DNA from: Heterodontus francisci | Taxonomy: Eukaryota | Reading direction: 5' to 3' | NCBI RefSeq assembly: GCF_036365525.1 | Contig: NC_090400.1 | Coordinates: forward strand, 33,010,613 to 33,074,612 | DNA: 64,000 nucleotides | Shown here: one piece after another, positions 50,165 through 63,771 of the stretch | How positions within the stretch are numbered: position 1 is the stretch's first letter | Layout of the letters: the number at the start of each line of letters is the position of its first letter | Notes under the pieces: model-generated | What the model was told of the DNA's origin: nothing | Databases searched by the model: none | Seen by the model: only the letters and a program-made list of their open reading frames with translations | Program-made: the position numbers and the translations under genes

Positions 50165-50490
50165 TTCTCAAGGGAAGGGAGAATCTAGAACTAGCGGTCA
50201 CTGTTTAAAAATAAGGGGTCACTTAAGATAGAGATGAGGAGAATTTTTTCTCTCGGAGGGTTGTGAATCTTTGGAACTCTCTTCCTCAAAGGGCGGTGGA
50301 AGCAGAGTCTTTGAATATATTTAAGGCAGAGGTAGATAGATTCTTGATAAGCAAGGGGGTGGAAGGTTCTCAAGGGTAGGCGGGAATGTGAAATTGAAGT
50401 TACAATCAGATCAGCCATGATCTTGTTGCATGACGGAGCAGGCCCGAGGGGCCGAGTGGCCTACTCCTGCCCCTAACTCGTATGTTCATA
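50165..50490 (+). mobile_element. CR1 3' end
   Basis: gaatctagaactag...gggccgagtggcctactcctgc...tatgttc pattern shared with other CR1 tails. Confidence 0.75.
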
Positions 50491-50854
50491 AGGTCTCCAG
50501 AGGATTGTCCTGGTCTCTTAGGAGCCATCCATGCAGTGTCCTTGTACATTCAAATAATCGTGTTATGGTGGACTGTCTGAAGATAAAAGTGCCATGATTG
50601 TTCCCTGGATATCAGGCCGTGAATGAATGAAGAGTTTCCTATGGTCTGACATCACCTGAACATTGATAGAATGGAAGCATTAAGGTTCGTTTAGGCCATG
50701 AAGCTGGCATGAAAGGTGCTGGCTAACCACACAGGTGTCATTTTAAGGTGCCACTCTCTTGGAACCCTGCCAGCTGTGATATTTTCTCAGTCTTGTTAAG
50801 CTGACACCTCTTTCAGTTAGGGAGAAGCAAAACTAATCATTTACCTACAGTTTA

Positions 50855-52610
50855 CATAGAATTACATAAAATTTAGAGCACATAAACAGGCCATTCAGCC
50901 CAACTGGTATGTGGCAGTATTTATTGCTTCACATGAGCCTCCTCCCACGCTACCTCATTTAATTCTATCAGCATAACCTTCTATTCCTTTCTCACTCATA
51001 AACTTACCTAGCTTCCCTTAACGGCATCGATGCTATTCATCTCATCTAGTCCTTTTGGCAACAAGCCTAACATTCTAAGCACTCTCTGAGTAAAGAGGTT
51101 TCTTCTGAATTCTTTACTGGATTTATTAATGAATATCTTATATTTATTGCATCTCGGCAATAAGTAGGAACATGTTTTCTACATCTGCCCTATCAAACCC
51201 TTTCATAATTTTAAAGATCTCTATTAGGTCACACCTCAGCTTTTTCTTTTCCAGAGGAAAGAGACACAGCCTATTTAGTCTATTTAATGATAGTCATAAC
51301 ATCTTAGTTCTGGTATCAATCATGTTTTCATAGAATCATAGAAACTTACAGTCCTGAAGAAGGCCATTCAGCCCATCTTGCCTGTGCTGGCTTTGAAAGA
51401 GCAATCGTGTTAGTCCCACACACCCCTCTGTCAGCTACTCATCCTAAAGTAACTGTCCAACTCCTTTTTAAAGTTGTCTATGGAGTTGGTTTCCACCAGC
51501 TTCTTACGTAGAACTTTACAGATCCCAACAACTCTCTGAGTGAAAATAATTCACCTCATCTCCCCTCTAGATCTTTTTTCAATTAATTTGAATTCAGGAC
51601 CTCTAGTTATTGACCCACTCACCAGAGGGATTTTTTCCCCCTATTTACACAATCAAAATCTCTCACCATCTTGAAAACCTTTATTCAGTCCTGTCTTGAC
51701 CTTTTCTTGCCTTCATCGGTCGGGGCATAGAGTATAAAAATTGGCAAGTCATGCTGCAGCTGTACAGAACTTTAGTTAGGCCATACTTAGAATACTGTGT
51801 GCAATTCTGGTCGCCACACTACCAGAAGGACGTGGAGGCTTTGGAGAGGGTACAGAAGAGGTTTACCAGGATGTTGCCTGGTCTGGAGGGCATTAGCTAT
51901 GAGGAGAGGTTGGATAGACTCGGATTGTTTTCACTGGAACGACGGAGGTGGAGGGGCGACATGATAGAAGTTTACAAAGTTATAAGTGGCATGGACAGGG
52001 TGGATAGTCAGAAGCTTTTTCCCAGGGTGGAAGAGTCAATTACTAGGGGACATAGGTTTAAGGTGAGAGGGGCAAAGATTAGAGGGGATGTGCGAGGCAA
52101 GTTCTTTACACAGAGGGTGGTGAGTGCCTGGAACTTGTTGCCGGGGGAGGTGGTGGAAGCAGGTACCATAGAGACGTTTAAGAAGCATCTTGACAAATAC
52201 ATGAATAGGATGGGAATAGAGGGATACGGACCCCGGAAGTGCAGAAGGTTTTAGTTTAGGCAGGCGTCAAGATTGGCGCAGGTTTGGAGGGCCGAATGGC
52301 CTGTTCCTGTGCTGTACTGTTCTTTGTTCTTTGTTTGTTCTGTTCTAAGGGAAAACAGTTCAAATTTTTCCAACCTCTTCTCATAACTGAAGTCCCTCAT
52401 CCCTGGTTGCATCCTGATAAATCTTCTCTGTGCCCTTTCTAATTCTTTTACATCTTTTCCAGTGCTTCCAAAGCCTTTTTGTAATATGAAGACCAGAATT
52501 GTACACTGTATTCTAACCAAGGTGCTATAAAAGTTTAACATACCTTCCCTGCTTTTCAATTCTATTGCTCTACAATTGATCTCTAGTGCTTTGTATGTTT
52601 TTTTTATGGA
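50855..52610 (-). mobile_element. Two old minus-strand CR1 3' fragments, the second split by a young CR1
   Basis: ORF 52251..52559 ELERAQRRFIRM...FSL; tails near 50855 and 51330. Confidence 0.65.
51706..52334 (+). mobile_element. Young 5'-truncated CR1
   Basis: Uninterrupted 167-aa ORF2 C-terminus, near-identical to 10646-11228. Confidence 0.92.
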
Positions 52611-52951
52611 AAGCAGTTACAAGTCCCTCTGATTGGTCTCAACAATTACTAAAATTACCTATTTGACCTGCTTAGAGAAGTGGCCTTAAAGGCCCAAGTC
52701 AGATTGGCAGCTAAACATCACAACCATGCTCCAGTCCTGAGATTGCCTAGGAGTAATGCCACAAGATTATTGCTAAAAAAAAGTGTTTTATTGTTTTTGT
52801 AGACTTTCCCTGACCTTACACCATTCCTATCTGAAAGAGTAAGTGGTTGTCCTGCTGTCTGCCTCTGGAATTTGCTAGTAGGAGAAGCATTACAGTAGCC
52901 CATGGATGATTTTTTTTCCCCCTGAATTTCCTTCCCTCCTTATGAAACAAT

Positions 52952-53645
52952 GGGCAGAATTTTCCCACAGGCTTCAGGACCCCAATGTCAGAACCAAATG
53001 AGTGCCCCGAGCCTGCACTTGTCAGGCCCAGACTGTGGGGGGGGGGGGGGGGGGGGGTCTTTTCTTGAAGCCGATCTTCCATTTGCCCACCTCGGAGCTC
53101 GCCGTCCAATTAAGGGCAGCAGGCAGGCTTCCAATGATTGGGCCAGCAGCTCTAGAGCCTCCGCAGCCCCACTGAGAGAGGTGGGCACTGTTGAGGCAGC
53201 TAGTGGAACATGAGGGCACCGCAAAATGGAGGCGCCCTCGGAGGGGTGAAAACTATTACATTTTTTAGAGGGGCCAAGCAGGCAGACTCCTCCAGTCAGA
53301 AGAGAAACCCCTCTGGTGGCAGTATTTGGGTCTTTGCTGGTGGTGAGCCCTCTTTGGGGGATGGCACCTCCAGCTCCCCATACTGCTGAGGGAGGCTACC
53401 TCCATTAAGCTGGCAGCCATCCTACACAGTAGGGGACCGCTCTGCTGCAAGCAAAATGCCACTGAGTGCTTTAAATGGTCCCGAACTTGGCAGTGGGCAG
53501 CGAATCTGCATCCGGCCCACCTCCAGGAAAATCCCCTTGCGTGGGAATGCATCAGGGAGCCATTCTGCCACAGATCCCTGCTATTTTCCCGGCCACCCAC
53601 ACCCCACCTCCACTCCTGCCACTCAGGTCCGGGAAAATTCTGCCC
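52952..53645 (-). mobile_element. PIF/Harbinger-like MITE
   Basis: Perfect 15-bp TIR gggcagaattttccc / gggaaaattctgccc; 3-bp TSD aat. Confidence 0.88.
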
Positions 53646-54368
53646 AATCGGAACAAATCCATACAAGCTCACCTTTGCTGTCAGCTGCACACTGAAACGT
53701 GCAGCTTGTCAAATTTCAAATTGTTTCTTTGTTACTTACCTGTTAGAAAAGACCAAACCTCGAGGGGTTGAATGGCCTACTCCTGTTCCTATGTTACTGA
53801 ACTTGATTTTATGTACCATTTATATCAATGACAAGCAACAGAATTGCCAAGTTGTGTTATTGCAAGATTTAGTAGTAATTGTTCAAAGCTTCCCAATTTT
53901 AAATGAGGAAATGGTAAATAATAGGATCTGCTAGGCTTATTTCAATCCGAGCCAAAATACAGATGACCCAGCTCTGATTAGCCAGCACACCTCTAAAGCT
54001 GTTATGGTCAGATAATTGTGGGTGTGTTACACATTACATCACCTAGAACTAGATTCTGTCAAGAATTGAGGATCAAAAGTTTACAATACTTGTAAATTAC
54101 AATTTAAATTTTGTGGCTTGTTCTTTCTTTTTGCTTATTGTTTCTTAGTTCTACCATTCCCTTCTCTTTTACTTATTTTCATTTTCCATTTTGTCTGGCC
54201 CATGCTCCGTCCATATGGCCATTAAATAAATTGTATTAAAGGCAGTCTTTTCCTGATGTCTGCAATGGAGATTTGAACCAAATTTCTTGATAAAAAGACA
54301 AAACAGATACAATGGTATGGAAGAAGACCAGACCAGCTATTATCATACAGGAATAAGCAGCACCAAGG

Positions 54369-55679
54369 TGTCAGGCAAGCCCCCCAGCTGCCAACACTGA
54401 GGCACACATTATTTTGACACATGAACATTAAAACTTAGAATTGCAAGTCCCTGACTGGAAAGACATTTGCATAGTAACCAACAGTGTTGGAACAATGGGG
54501 ACCCAGTCGTCGCCTCCCCAATACACAGAAGACGTGCTCAGACCAGTTTTAGTCAAATGACTGACTGACTGTTAGAGGTTTTGAATTTCAACTTCCAACA
54601 GAGGATTTGAATTCAGAAAGCCATGTGCTCCCGGTTGGAACAGAACCTCCTTTCCAGTCCTGCCTGCTTCCATCTATTTCTCACAAAACTGAATCTTGTG
54701 AAAACACGTCAACCTCAAAAAGAGCAAAGTCTCCTAAGTGAACAAGGTTTAAAAAGAATACTGAGCCCCAACAAACAGCAAGACTACCTACAATCAAGTG
54801 AGCTCGAAGCACAGTAAACAAGAAACTCTTCTGATATTGTCTCAAACACCTCTCTACTATATTTTCCTCTCCTCTTTTCTGTCCCTATTTGCATGTGTGT
54901 ATCGCATGTGCATGCTAGCCTGGCTGCGTCGTAAATCCGTAGGCGTTAACTGTATTAGAGTTTAAGTTTAAGTTATAATAAAATTTCACCTTTCTTCTTT
55001 AAACCTCGCAAAACCTGTGTGAATTGGTTTCTTTGTCTTATAATTGGAAAGCTGTGAACAAGGAATCACAAAGGGTGAGCTCAAAACACAGTGTGTTTAA
55101 AATTAAATCTTGTTACACTGAGACCAGGTAAAGACAGCAAAAGACCCCTAGATACATTTCACACCTGGTTGTAACAGAAATTTGGGTGCTAGCATCCGGA
55201 ATTTTACCCACAGACAAATGAGTGAAATTGGAAGTGGGAAGCCAAATTGTTCCCAATCAAAAAGAGCAAAATTTCAATACAGGTTTTCTTGTGGTTGTGT
55301 GTGATTGAATACTAACATGTCTGCAACTGAAGCTAGTAGCTCTCCAAGCCAGATGAAGTAACTTAGGATAAGTTAAAAGCACTGTCTATGGAGGAGCTGA
55401 GAAAAATAGCTCAGCAGTGTTGGGATCACTGTACGTGGCAAAGCTAGGAAGTCTGAATTCCTAAGACTAGTGGCCAACCATTTTCCCTTGAATCTGAAGA
55501 TGCAGAAGCAGTGTTAGAAGCAGACCCAGACAGAGTACTACTGGCAAAGTTACAACTGGAACAAAGGAAACTTGAATTAGAGGAAAAAGAGAAAGAGAGA
55601 CAGGAAAAAGAGAGAGACAGGAGAGAGAAAAAGAGAGAGCCTTCCAGAAGGAACGTGAAGAAACAGAAAGTCAGTAGAA

Positions 55680-55716
<37 letters not shown>

Positions 55717-58700
55717 ATATCCCAGAAAGAATGCGAAGAAAGACAGTTAAAGCAGCTTGAGTAACCCCAGTGAAAGCATAGCCAATATGGAGGAGCATAA
55801 TTCAGGGCTGGTTACAAAAATGCTAAAACTCACTCAATTAATTCCAAAATTTAATGAGGAAGATAGTCAGCGGAGTCCTTGTCTCTCTTATTGCACAGCA
55901 AACTAACTGGAAAAGACCATGAGATTTATTCCTTGTTGCCAGATGAGAGTTCATCAAAGTATGAACTGACCAAAAATGCTATCCTCGGAGCATATCAATT
56001 AGTACCCAATGCCTATCGCCAAAAGTTTAGAACCCTCAAAAATCAAGCCAATCAAAATTATTTGGAGCTTGAAAGAAGCAAGCAGCTGACTTTTGACCAG
56101 TGGCTGAAGGCTTTTAAAATACAACTCAGCTATGAGACTCTCAGAGAAGTAATCCTGTTAGAGGAATGTAAAAACTCTCTCCCATTGTCAATAAAGACCC
56201 ATGTAGAGGAGCAGAGGGTTCAGGGAGCCCGGCAAGCGGCCTTTTGGGCTGATGAGTTTTCTTTAATTTACAAGTCGGTTTCCCAGGGAAGAACCTTTCC
56301 TAATTACCCCCACAAATCCAAAAGGACAAAAGAAGGTGATAGAAGCCCACGCAGTCCTAGAAGAGAAAGGAAAGCAGGAGACACAGGTGGCCCTCCTCCA
56401 ACCAAAAAGGAAGGTGCTGTGGGCAAGAGTGAGACCCAGAGGCCTGTGTGTTTCCATTGTAATAAGGCAGGGCATTTAAAAGCTGACTGCTGGAGAATAA
56501 AGGAGATACCGGGTTAATCAGGGCACACCTGCTCAGTGAAGACGAGGCCCTGATGGAAAACGCAGAACAAGCTGTGGCTTTAACTGCAGTAAGAGTGCAA
56601 CCCAGGGAGCTTACTATGGCCAGTGCAGGAAAAGTTAATAGAATTCCTGAAGGTTATCAGGGTTTTTTATTTGAAGGGAAAGTAACCCCATATCCCTTGA
56701 GTAGGGCAAGCAAGCCCATAGTGATTCTCAGGGGCACAGGGGCCACCAGATCCTTTTACTGGGAAAAAGCCTGACCTTTCCCCAGAGAGTGCAGTGAACA
56801 CCAGAATGGTGGTGAAATGTATTGGAGGGCAGTATGTGCCTGTACCTGTACACTGGGTGCACCTGGAGTGCGACCTAGTTTCAGGGCCAGTGACTGTAGG
56901 GATTGTCCCTAGTTGCCTGTGGACAGGGTTGACCTGCTCCAAGGTAATGATCTGGCAGGGGTGAAGGTGGTAGCCCCCCAGTAGAGAAAGAAAGACTTCA
57001 GGAGGTCAGAGAGACAGGGCAGTGGCAGGAGACAGTCTACTGCAGTTTCCCTGAATATGTAGTGGATCAGGCCATGATCAAACCAGCATCCCCAGAGGAT
57101 ACTGAATTGGCACTGCAGGCAAATGATCATGAGGTCTGTCTGTCCGGGACTTTCTTTGGAAAGTTATGAGACCCAGGGAATGAATTAAATAGATTTTCCC
57201 TAGCTGAGGCTCAGTGAGCCAACCCAGTATTGCAAGAGTTAGCACAGGCTGCCCAGTCTGAAAGTAATGTAGAGGGAGTCCCTGAGTGCTACTATTTAAA
57301 GAATGGGGTATTGATGAGGAAATGGAGTTCTCCTCACAGACCTGAGGGCAAAGAGTGGACAGTAGTCCACCAGTTAGTGGTGCCACAGAGGTACCGGGGA
57401 GAAATATTAAGAAGGGCCCATGAGACTACAGTGGCTGTACATACCGGTATACAAAAGACCAAAGTCTGCATAAGACAGCAGTTTGACTGACCAAGACTCC
57501 ACAAAGATGTGATGGAGTACTGCAGGAGTTGCCACATGTGCCAGGTTGAGGGGAAACCCCAACCTGCAGTGAAACCTGCACCCCTAAGTCTTGTACCGGT
57601 GTTAGGAGGACTCTCCAGCAAGGGGCTGGTGAACTGTAAGGGACCCCCACCGAGAACAAAAGGGGACAGGCATGCACAGGGCTGAAAAAAGTTTAGAAGG
57701 AGAAGGGGAAAAAGTGGCCAAGAGGGCAGGTTAAAGGAAGTCCAGGAAGAATCCCGATGAAAACCCCTACCATCCGTTCACCCAACTCCTCAAATTGTGA
57801 AAAATTAGATCCCACATCCTCCTACGTAAATGCACCCACCAGAGTTGCTAACAGCATTTACAGGAACCTGCAGAGACAAAGAGAGACCTCATGGGGCACA
57901 GAAACCAATTAGGGTGATGCTTCATCTAGTTGAATTGCCACAGGAGAGTGCCACCAAGTCTGCACAAATACCTACAAGTAGGAGTGTCCCAGAGAACAAG
58001 GGGAAGAGTAACAAAGACACCTCCCCCACAAGTCAGAAAAAAGGGAACCACCCATCCCCCGAAGTCAAAAGTCTTTGTAAAACAGCACTGGCGCCCAGAA
58101 CAGACTTTTTTAAATGAATGAATGGAAATGAATGAGAGAAATGCATGGTTTTTCTTTCTGTATCTTATATTTCTCTCAAACTCTGTAATGAAATGCGCCA
58201 TTTTTCTTCAAATCACATTTCATTCCCCTGGGTGTGGAGGTGTCAGGCAAGCCCCCCACCTACCAACAGGTACGTATTATTGCGCCACATGAACATTCAA
58301 ACTTAAAATTGCAAGTCCCTGACCGGAAAGACATTTGCATAGTAACCGACAGTGTTGGAACAATGGGGACCCAGTCGTTGCTTCCCCAATACACAGAAGA
58401 AGTGATCAGACCAGTTTTGGTCACATGACTGACTGTTGGAGGTTTTGAATTTGAACTTCCAACAGAGGATTTGAACTCAGAAAGCCGTGTGCTCCGGTTG
58501 GAACAGAACCTCCACTCCAGTCCTGCCTGCCTCCATCACTTTCCAACGGAACTGAATCTTGTGAAAACACGTCAATCTCAAAGAGAGAATAGTCTCCTAC
58601 GTGAACAAGGTTTAAGAAGAACACTGGGCCCTGATGAACTGCAAGACTACCTACAATCAAGTGAGCTCAAAGCACAGTAATAAAGAGACTCTTCTGATGT

Positions 58701-59039
58701 TATCTCAAACACCTCTCTACTTTATTTTCCTCTCCTCTTTTCTGTCCCTATTTGCATGTGTGTATCACATGTGCATGCTAGCGTGGGCGCGTCGTCTATC
58801 CGTAGGCATTAACCGTTTTAGAGTTTAAGTTTAAGTTATAATAAAATTTCACCTTTCTTCTTTAAACCTCAGAAAACCTGTGTGAATTGGTTTCTTTGTC
58901 TTATAGTTGGAAAGCTGAGAACAAGGATTCACAAAGTGGGAGCTCAAAACACAGTGTGTTTAAAATTAAACCCTGTTAGAATAAGACCAAGTAAAGACAG
59001 CAAAAGATCCCTAAACACATTTTGCACCTGGGTGTAACA
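54369..59039 (+). mobile_element. Non-autonomous Gmr1-like Ty3/Gypsy LTR retrotransposon
   Basis: LTRs 54369-55176 and 58241-59039 (TG...CA); 4-bp TSD aagg; degenerate tRNA-Pro-like PBS (about 55183-55201); purine-rich tract before the 3' LTR; gag with SCAN-like region and CFHCNKAGHLKADC; protease remnant LRGTGA; integrase HHCC remnant; no RT or RNase H seen. Confidence 0.92.
55879..56517 (+). pseudogene. gag fragment (SCAN-like capsid plus CCHC zinc knuckle)
   Basis: AYRQKFR...LREVILLEECKNSLP...HVEEQ; Cx2Cx4Hx4C. Confidence 0.85.
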
Positions 59040-60290
59040 AAGGATAAAGCCATAACAGGAAATTAAAAAGAGAGCTATAATAAAAAATACCGGTTGGCTG
59101 AGCTTGGCTGAGGTCCCTTTTAAACTGGGTCAAGTGTGGTTCCAGTACATGAATAGAAACATAGCACTTATTTATAATTTAAAAGTTCACTTGCTTGAAA
59201 GTTAGCGAGTGGCTAAATAATACAAATTAGAAAGAAAATCTCACTTCCCAGTCTGAGACTACATTCCTCTGAGGTCTCAAACAACAGTGCCTTTCAGCTG
59301 TCATGGAGTAATTGAATTCCACAGCACACTTCAAGAAATCCTCCATTATCCACATAACAAAAAAATTCTGTTTTCCATTTGAAAGGTATCATTAAAGTAT
59401 GTGAGATTCTTCAGCAAATAATTGAACAACCGCATTAACATCCCAATCGATAGCATTCCAAGAGAAAATACTTGTTTAAAGTTACACAATATTTAGTCTG
59501 GCTATGGTACTGCTGACAGCTGCAACAAAGAATTGAAAACTATTCTAAATCAAAACTACTCAAGTAGCTTAAAACTTTTTCCTCCTTGCTCTAAAACACA
59601 GAGCAGACTTACATAGGAACAGTATTATTTATATATGAACCATTTACATCCAAGGACTGGCACAGACTGTGAAAGGTAGTCTGTCAAAGAGCAACAATTA
59701 TTTAGGCTTTCACATGTTCTATGTTGTAGTTTACTTTCAAGTTGTGTCTGGATCCTATGAAGCTTCTGTACATTATGTTGCCTAATTGTTGCAATATTGT
59801 TCTATCTCATGCTTGACTATCACTGACTGAACAAAGCAAAGGTAGACAAAACAGAATTAGTGCAGGATGGACATGTAGCATCTGGATTACAATCAAAACT
59901 ATTTAGGATAACCAAAGTACACTGTCTCTAATTTACAGTCTCTGCCAAAGAGAAAATTATTGACATTGAAAGGTCACTGAAATGTAGCAATGATAAAGGT
60001 TCATAGAGAGATTTCTCTAGTAGACAGTTGTGAGGGTAATCGGAATGATGCTATAATCACTTAGATTTTAATTATAGTTCAATGTTGTCACTAATCCATT
60101 CACAATGTGGTTTCTTTCTCAGTTTTCTACCAATTTTCGTCTCTCCTTTCCTGTCGACAAATACTTCCACAGAGAAAGATAGTTCTTTGGTAGCTCATCC
60201 AAGTGATTATTCTTTCTGTCTGAACTTAGAGATCATAGCCACAAACACTCAGGAGACTGAGAACACATCCACCATATGTTTTTGCTGTAT

Positions 60291-61189
60291 TGTTACGACC
60301 AAGTGAGAAAGGGGTCTAGCGGTGCCTCTCAGAATTCACCATAACAGGGTTTAATTTTAAACACACCGTTTTGTTAGCTCCCCTTAGTGAATCCTTGTTC
60401 ACTAATTTCCAATTATAAGGCAAAGTAACTAGCCAAACAGGTTTTCTTAGGTTTAAAGGAAAAAGGTTGAACTTTATTAAACTTAAACTCTAATTCTATT
60501 AACGCCTACAGATACATGACGCACCCATGCTAGTCTGCATACGCGATACACACATGTAGGCAAAGATAGAAAAGAGCAGAAGAAATAAAGTGGAGAGGTT
60601 TGAGACAATATCTGAAGATTGTTTTGGTTACTGTTCTTCAAGCTCAGTGTAAAGTCTTTGATTGTAGGTAGGTCTTGCTTTTCGTTGGGGCCCAGTATTC
60701 TTCTTAAACTTTGTTTGCTGTAGGAGACTTTTCTCTCTTGAAGTTCATCTGTCCTCAGTGGGTTCAGAGGCTTGTGAGAAAGAGATGGGAGCAGATAGAA
60801 AAGGTCTTCTCACTCCAGGAGCAAACAGTCTTTCTGGGTTCAAAAACTCTGTGGCTAGTTCAAAAAACTCTGGACCAGCCAGTAAGACATGTGACCAGCT
60901 GGTTTAACCAGTCCTGGCTTTTGTGGATTGTATCATCTTAGCAGTCTCTGGAATGCTCTTCCTTACACCTTTAATGTCTGGTGATCAAAATCCATTGAGG
61001 GTTGAATGTGTCAGGGAATGGTCCTTTTGTCTCCACAAGCACTGTATGTTAGTATGTAAATGTTTTTCAGCTAAGTGTCTGGCAGCCCTTGTAACAGGTC
61101 TTCTCTTCTTCCCAGCAACAGTTTAAAATCAATGTTCATATGACAAACTTAATATGTCTCATTCTTGGCAGATGGGGGCCTGCATGACA
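60291..61189 (-). mobile_element. Solo LTR related to the Gmr1-like LTRs
   Basis: TG...CA ends; 5-bp TSD tgtat (60286-60290, 61190-61194); reverse complement shares ttaaaattaaaccctgtta and agagtttaagttt blocks with 58241-59039. Confidence 0.85.
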
Positions 61190-61364
61190 TGTATCTTATG
61201 TCCCCCTTCTCCCATCTCCAAATCACAAAATTAGCACTGATACCTTTTGCATCTCTTTATAATATCTTTGTATCTCTATTCGATAGTGACTATCTATTGG
61301 CTTTTCAACTATGCAAGCTATTACAGGCTAGCCCGTTTCAGCATGCAGCCATATCTGCAGACAA

Positions 61365-61950
61365 CAACTATAACTTGTACTTATATAGTTCCATTAGCAT
61401 AATAAAATGTCCCCAGGCACTTCAACGGACCATTACAAAACAAAGTATGACACCGAACCATATAAGGAGTTATTATGTCAGAATACCAAAAGCTTGGTCA
61501 AAGAGGTATGTTTTAAGGAGTGTCTTAAAGGAGGAAAGCAAGGCAGAGAGGTGTAGGGAGGGAATTCCAGAGCTTAAGGCTTAGGCAATTGAAGACACAG
61601 CCACCAATTGTGCAGTAATTAAAAATGGGGATGCTCAAGAGGCCAGAATTGGGTGAACACAGATATCTTGCAGGGTTGTGGGGCTACAGAAGATTAAAGA
61701 GATAGGGAGGGGCAAAGCCATGGGGGGAAATTTGAAAACAAGGATGTGAATTTTTAAATCAAGGCTTTGCTTGATCAAGACCCAACGTAGGTCAGCGAGC
61801 ACAAGGCTGATGGGTGAACAAGACTTGGTGTGAGTAAGGACACAGGCAGCAGAGTTTTGGATGACCTCGAGTTTACAGAGGGTAGAATGTGGGACACCAG
61901 TCATCAGTGTGTTGGAATAGTCGTCTAGATGTAACAAAGACATTAATGAG
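61365..61950 (-). mobile_element. L2 LINE 3' fragment
   Basis: KLEVIQNSAACVLT...ISLVLADLRW motif in ORF 61635..62000. Confidence 0.8.
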
Positions 61951-63771
61951 GCAGGGGCAAAGTCAGTTCCCTCATGTTCCTCCTTTGAATCACTTATCAA
62001 TTTCTTTACCTTCCCCGCTTCATTTTATAGTTCAGTTTATCATGTTCCTTCCCTGTACATTGAGGATTTTATACATTCTTTCTTTCCCCTTAATGCAACC
62101 ATGACTTAGCTTTTTGTCCAGTTTGGTTTTTCTCTCCTGTTGGCTCCTCAATTTGTTTCTAGAGTAAACTGTGTGCAATATAAAAATCATCTCCTTAAAA
62201 TTCTTAATTTTCTTTCTGCCATCTGTCCCTTAAAAGGATCTACCCGTTATATTCCTTTCATACAGTATCTCATCCACTAAAAGTCTATTTTCTCAAAACA
62301 CATTTCTAAATAGTTTTCATCTGTTCTGTCTTCATTTCAACCTAAAAATTAACAGCTCCATGAGATGTTCACTTACTTCAACTTGGCTTATTACTGCCTA
62401 TTCATCAGTTAGGAGCAAAACCAATATTGCTCCCCCAACCCCCCAACTTTCCTTTGTTTGTTTCCTCACGGGCTGTTTTAATTAAAGATTTTTGAACTAT
62501 TTCAAAAAACTGCCTCATTCATACAAATTGTTCCCACTGTAAATCATAGTCAATGCCAGGGTGGTTAAAATCCCATAATATTACAACTGTGCTCTTAGCA
62601 CTTATCTTTTTAATGAGCTCCCACATCCATCCACCTCCATTTTATTTAGTGGTGGTGTGTAACATGTTCCTACTGATAATATTTCTGCTTTCTATCTTCC
62701 AGATGAATCCAAAGACACTCTGTCAATTCCCAGTTCCTCTCGGCAACATATTAACCTTTTCTGATACATGGTATCCTTCCCTTCCTTTTCTATCCTTCCT
62801 AAAGCAAAGAAAGCCTGAAGATGTGTTCCCCACTCCCCACTTTCCTTTAATCAGATTTATAACTAATAGTGATATCTAGTAGCTCCCAATTTACCACTAC
62901 TTATCCATTTTATTTCTAACTTTTTGGCATTCATGACATCCTAAATGTCCATGCTGTTCTCCTGTCCTCTGTGTTGCAGTCAGATGGCTCCTTCTTGACA
63001 ATTAGTCCACAGGTTAATCTGATACATTTCAAGCAACTGCCCAGGCAGGTCAGCAGCCACCTTAGATTAGCTATGAACAAGCAGCATGAAGGTACTTGTG
63101 CTGGCAAGGCTCCTGGTGTTTGTTATTTGTCACATTTAATGGGCCATAGGAAATCATGTTGTTAAGACAGTAATGCAGAGTGCCCTGCTGTAATATCTGT
63201 GTGCCTTTGCATTTGGAAAGTATATGATAGTTCCCAGAGTGCCATATATATCATATTCTACCAAGCCAGCAGCGACGTCTTGACAAAACTAACTGCAGCC
63301 TAAATAATAATGACCGAAGCATTTGAATTGTTGTGTTACCCTGCAAGAAGCTACCACCTCAGGTGATAGTTGCTGCCTTTGACTTCCACCAGCATACATT
63401 TGCTGACAACTTAAGCAGTTGTGTTGATGATTGATTGTGCAATAAATGGGATATTGATATTTGGCCTTCTGCGGAACTGACACCCAACGCCTATGCTGAT
63501 GGTAACAGGAGATTGACCTTGAAGAACTTTGTATATGTACCCTGACCACGAACTTCTAGTTGCATGCTTTATCTTAATGCTTATTTCACAGAATCCATTA
63601 GTCCTGTGCCCAATGCACTGCTAAAATTTCCCAACATAGCCCATTTATTATATTACAGAGCTTTTTTGTGGCTTATACTGTTTATTCTGCTCAAGCGTCA
63701 GGAAATGTTTGACAATCCTAAAATAACTGTGCATTAAGAGTGCCTTGAAAGTCACATTCATTCTAATATGA

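Noticed and set aside
59245-59304. ATG-initiated 60-nt minus-strand segment ending at gtgaga as CA4 exon 1
   Set aside because: Phase 0 and not hydrophobic
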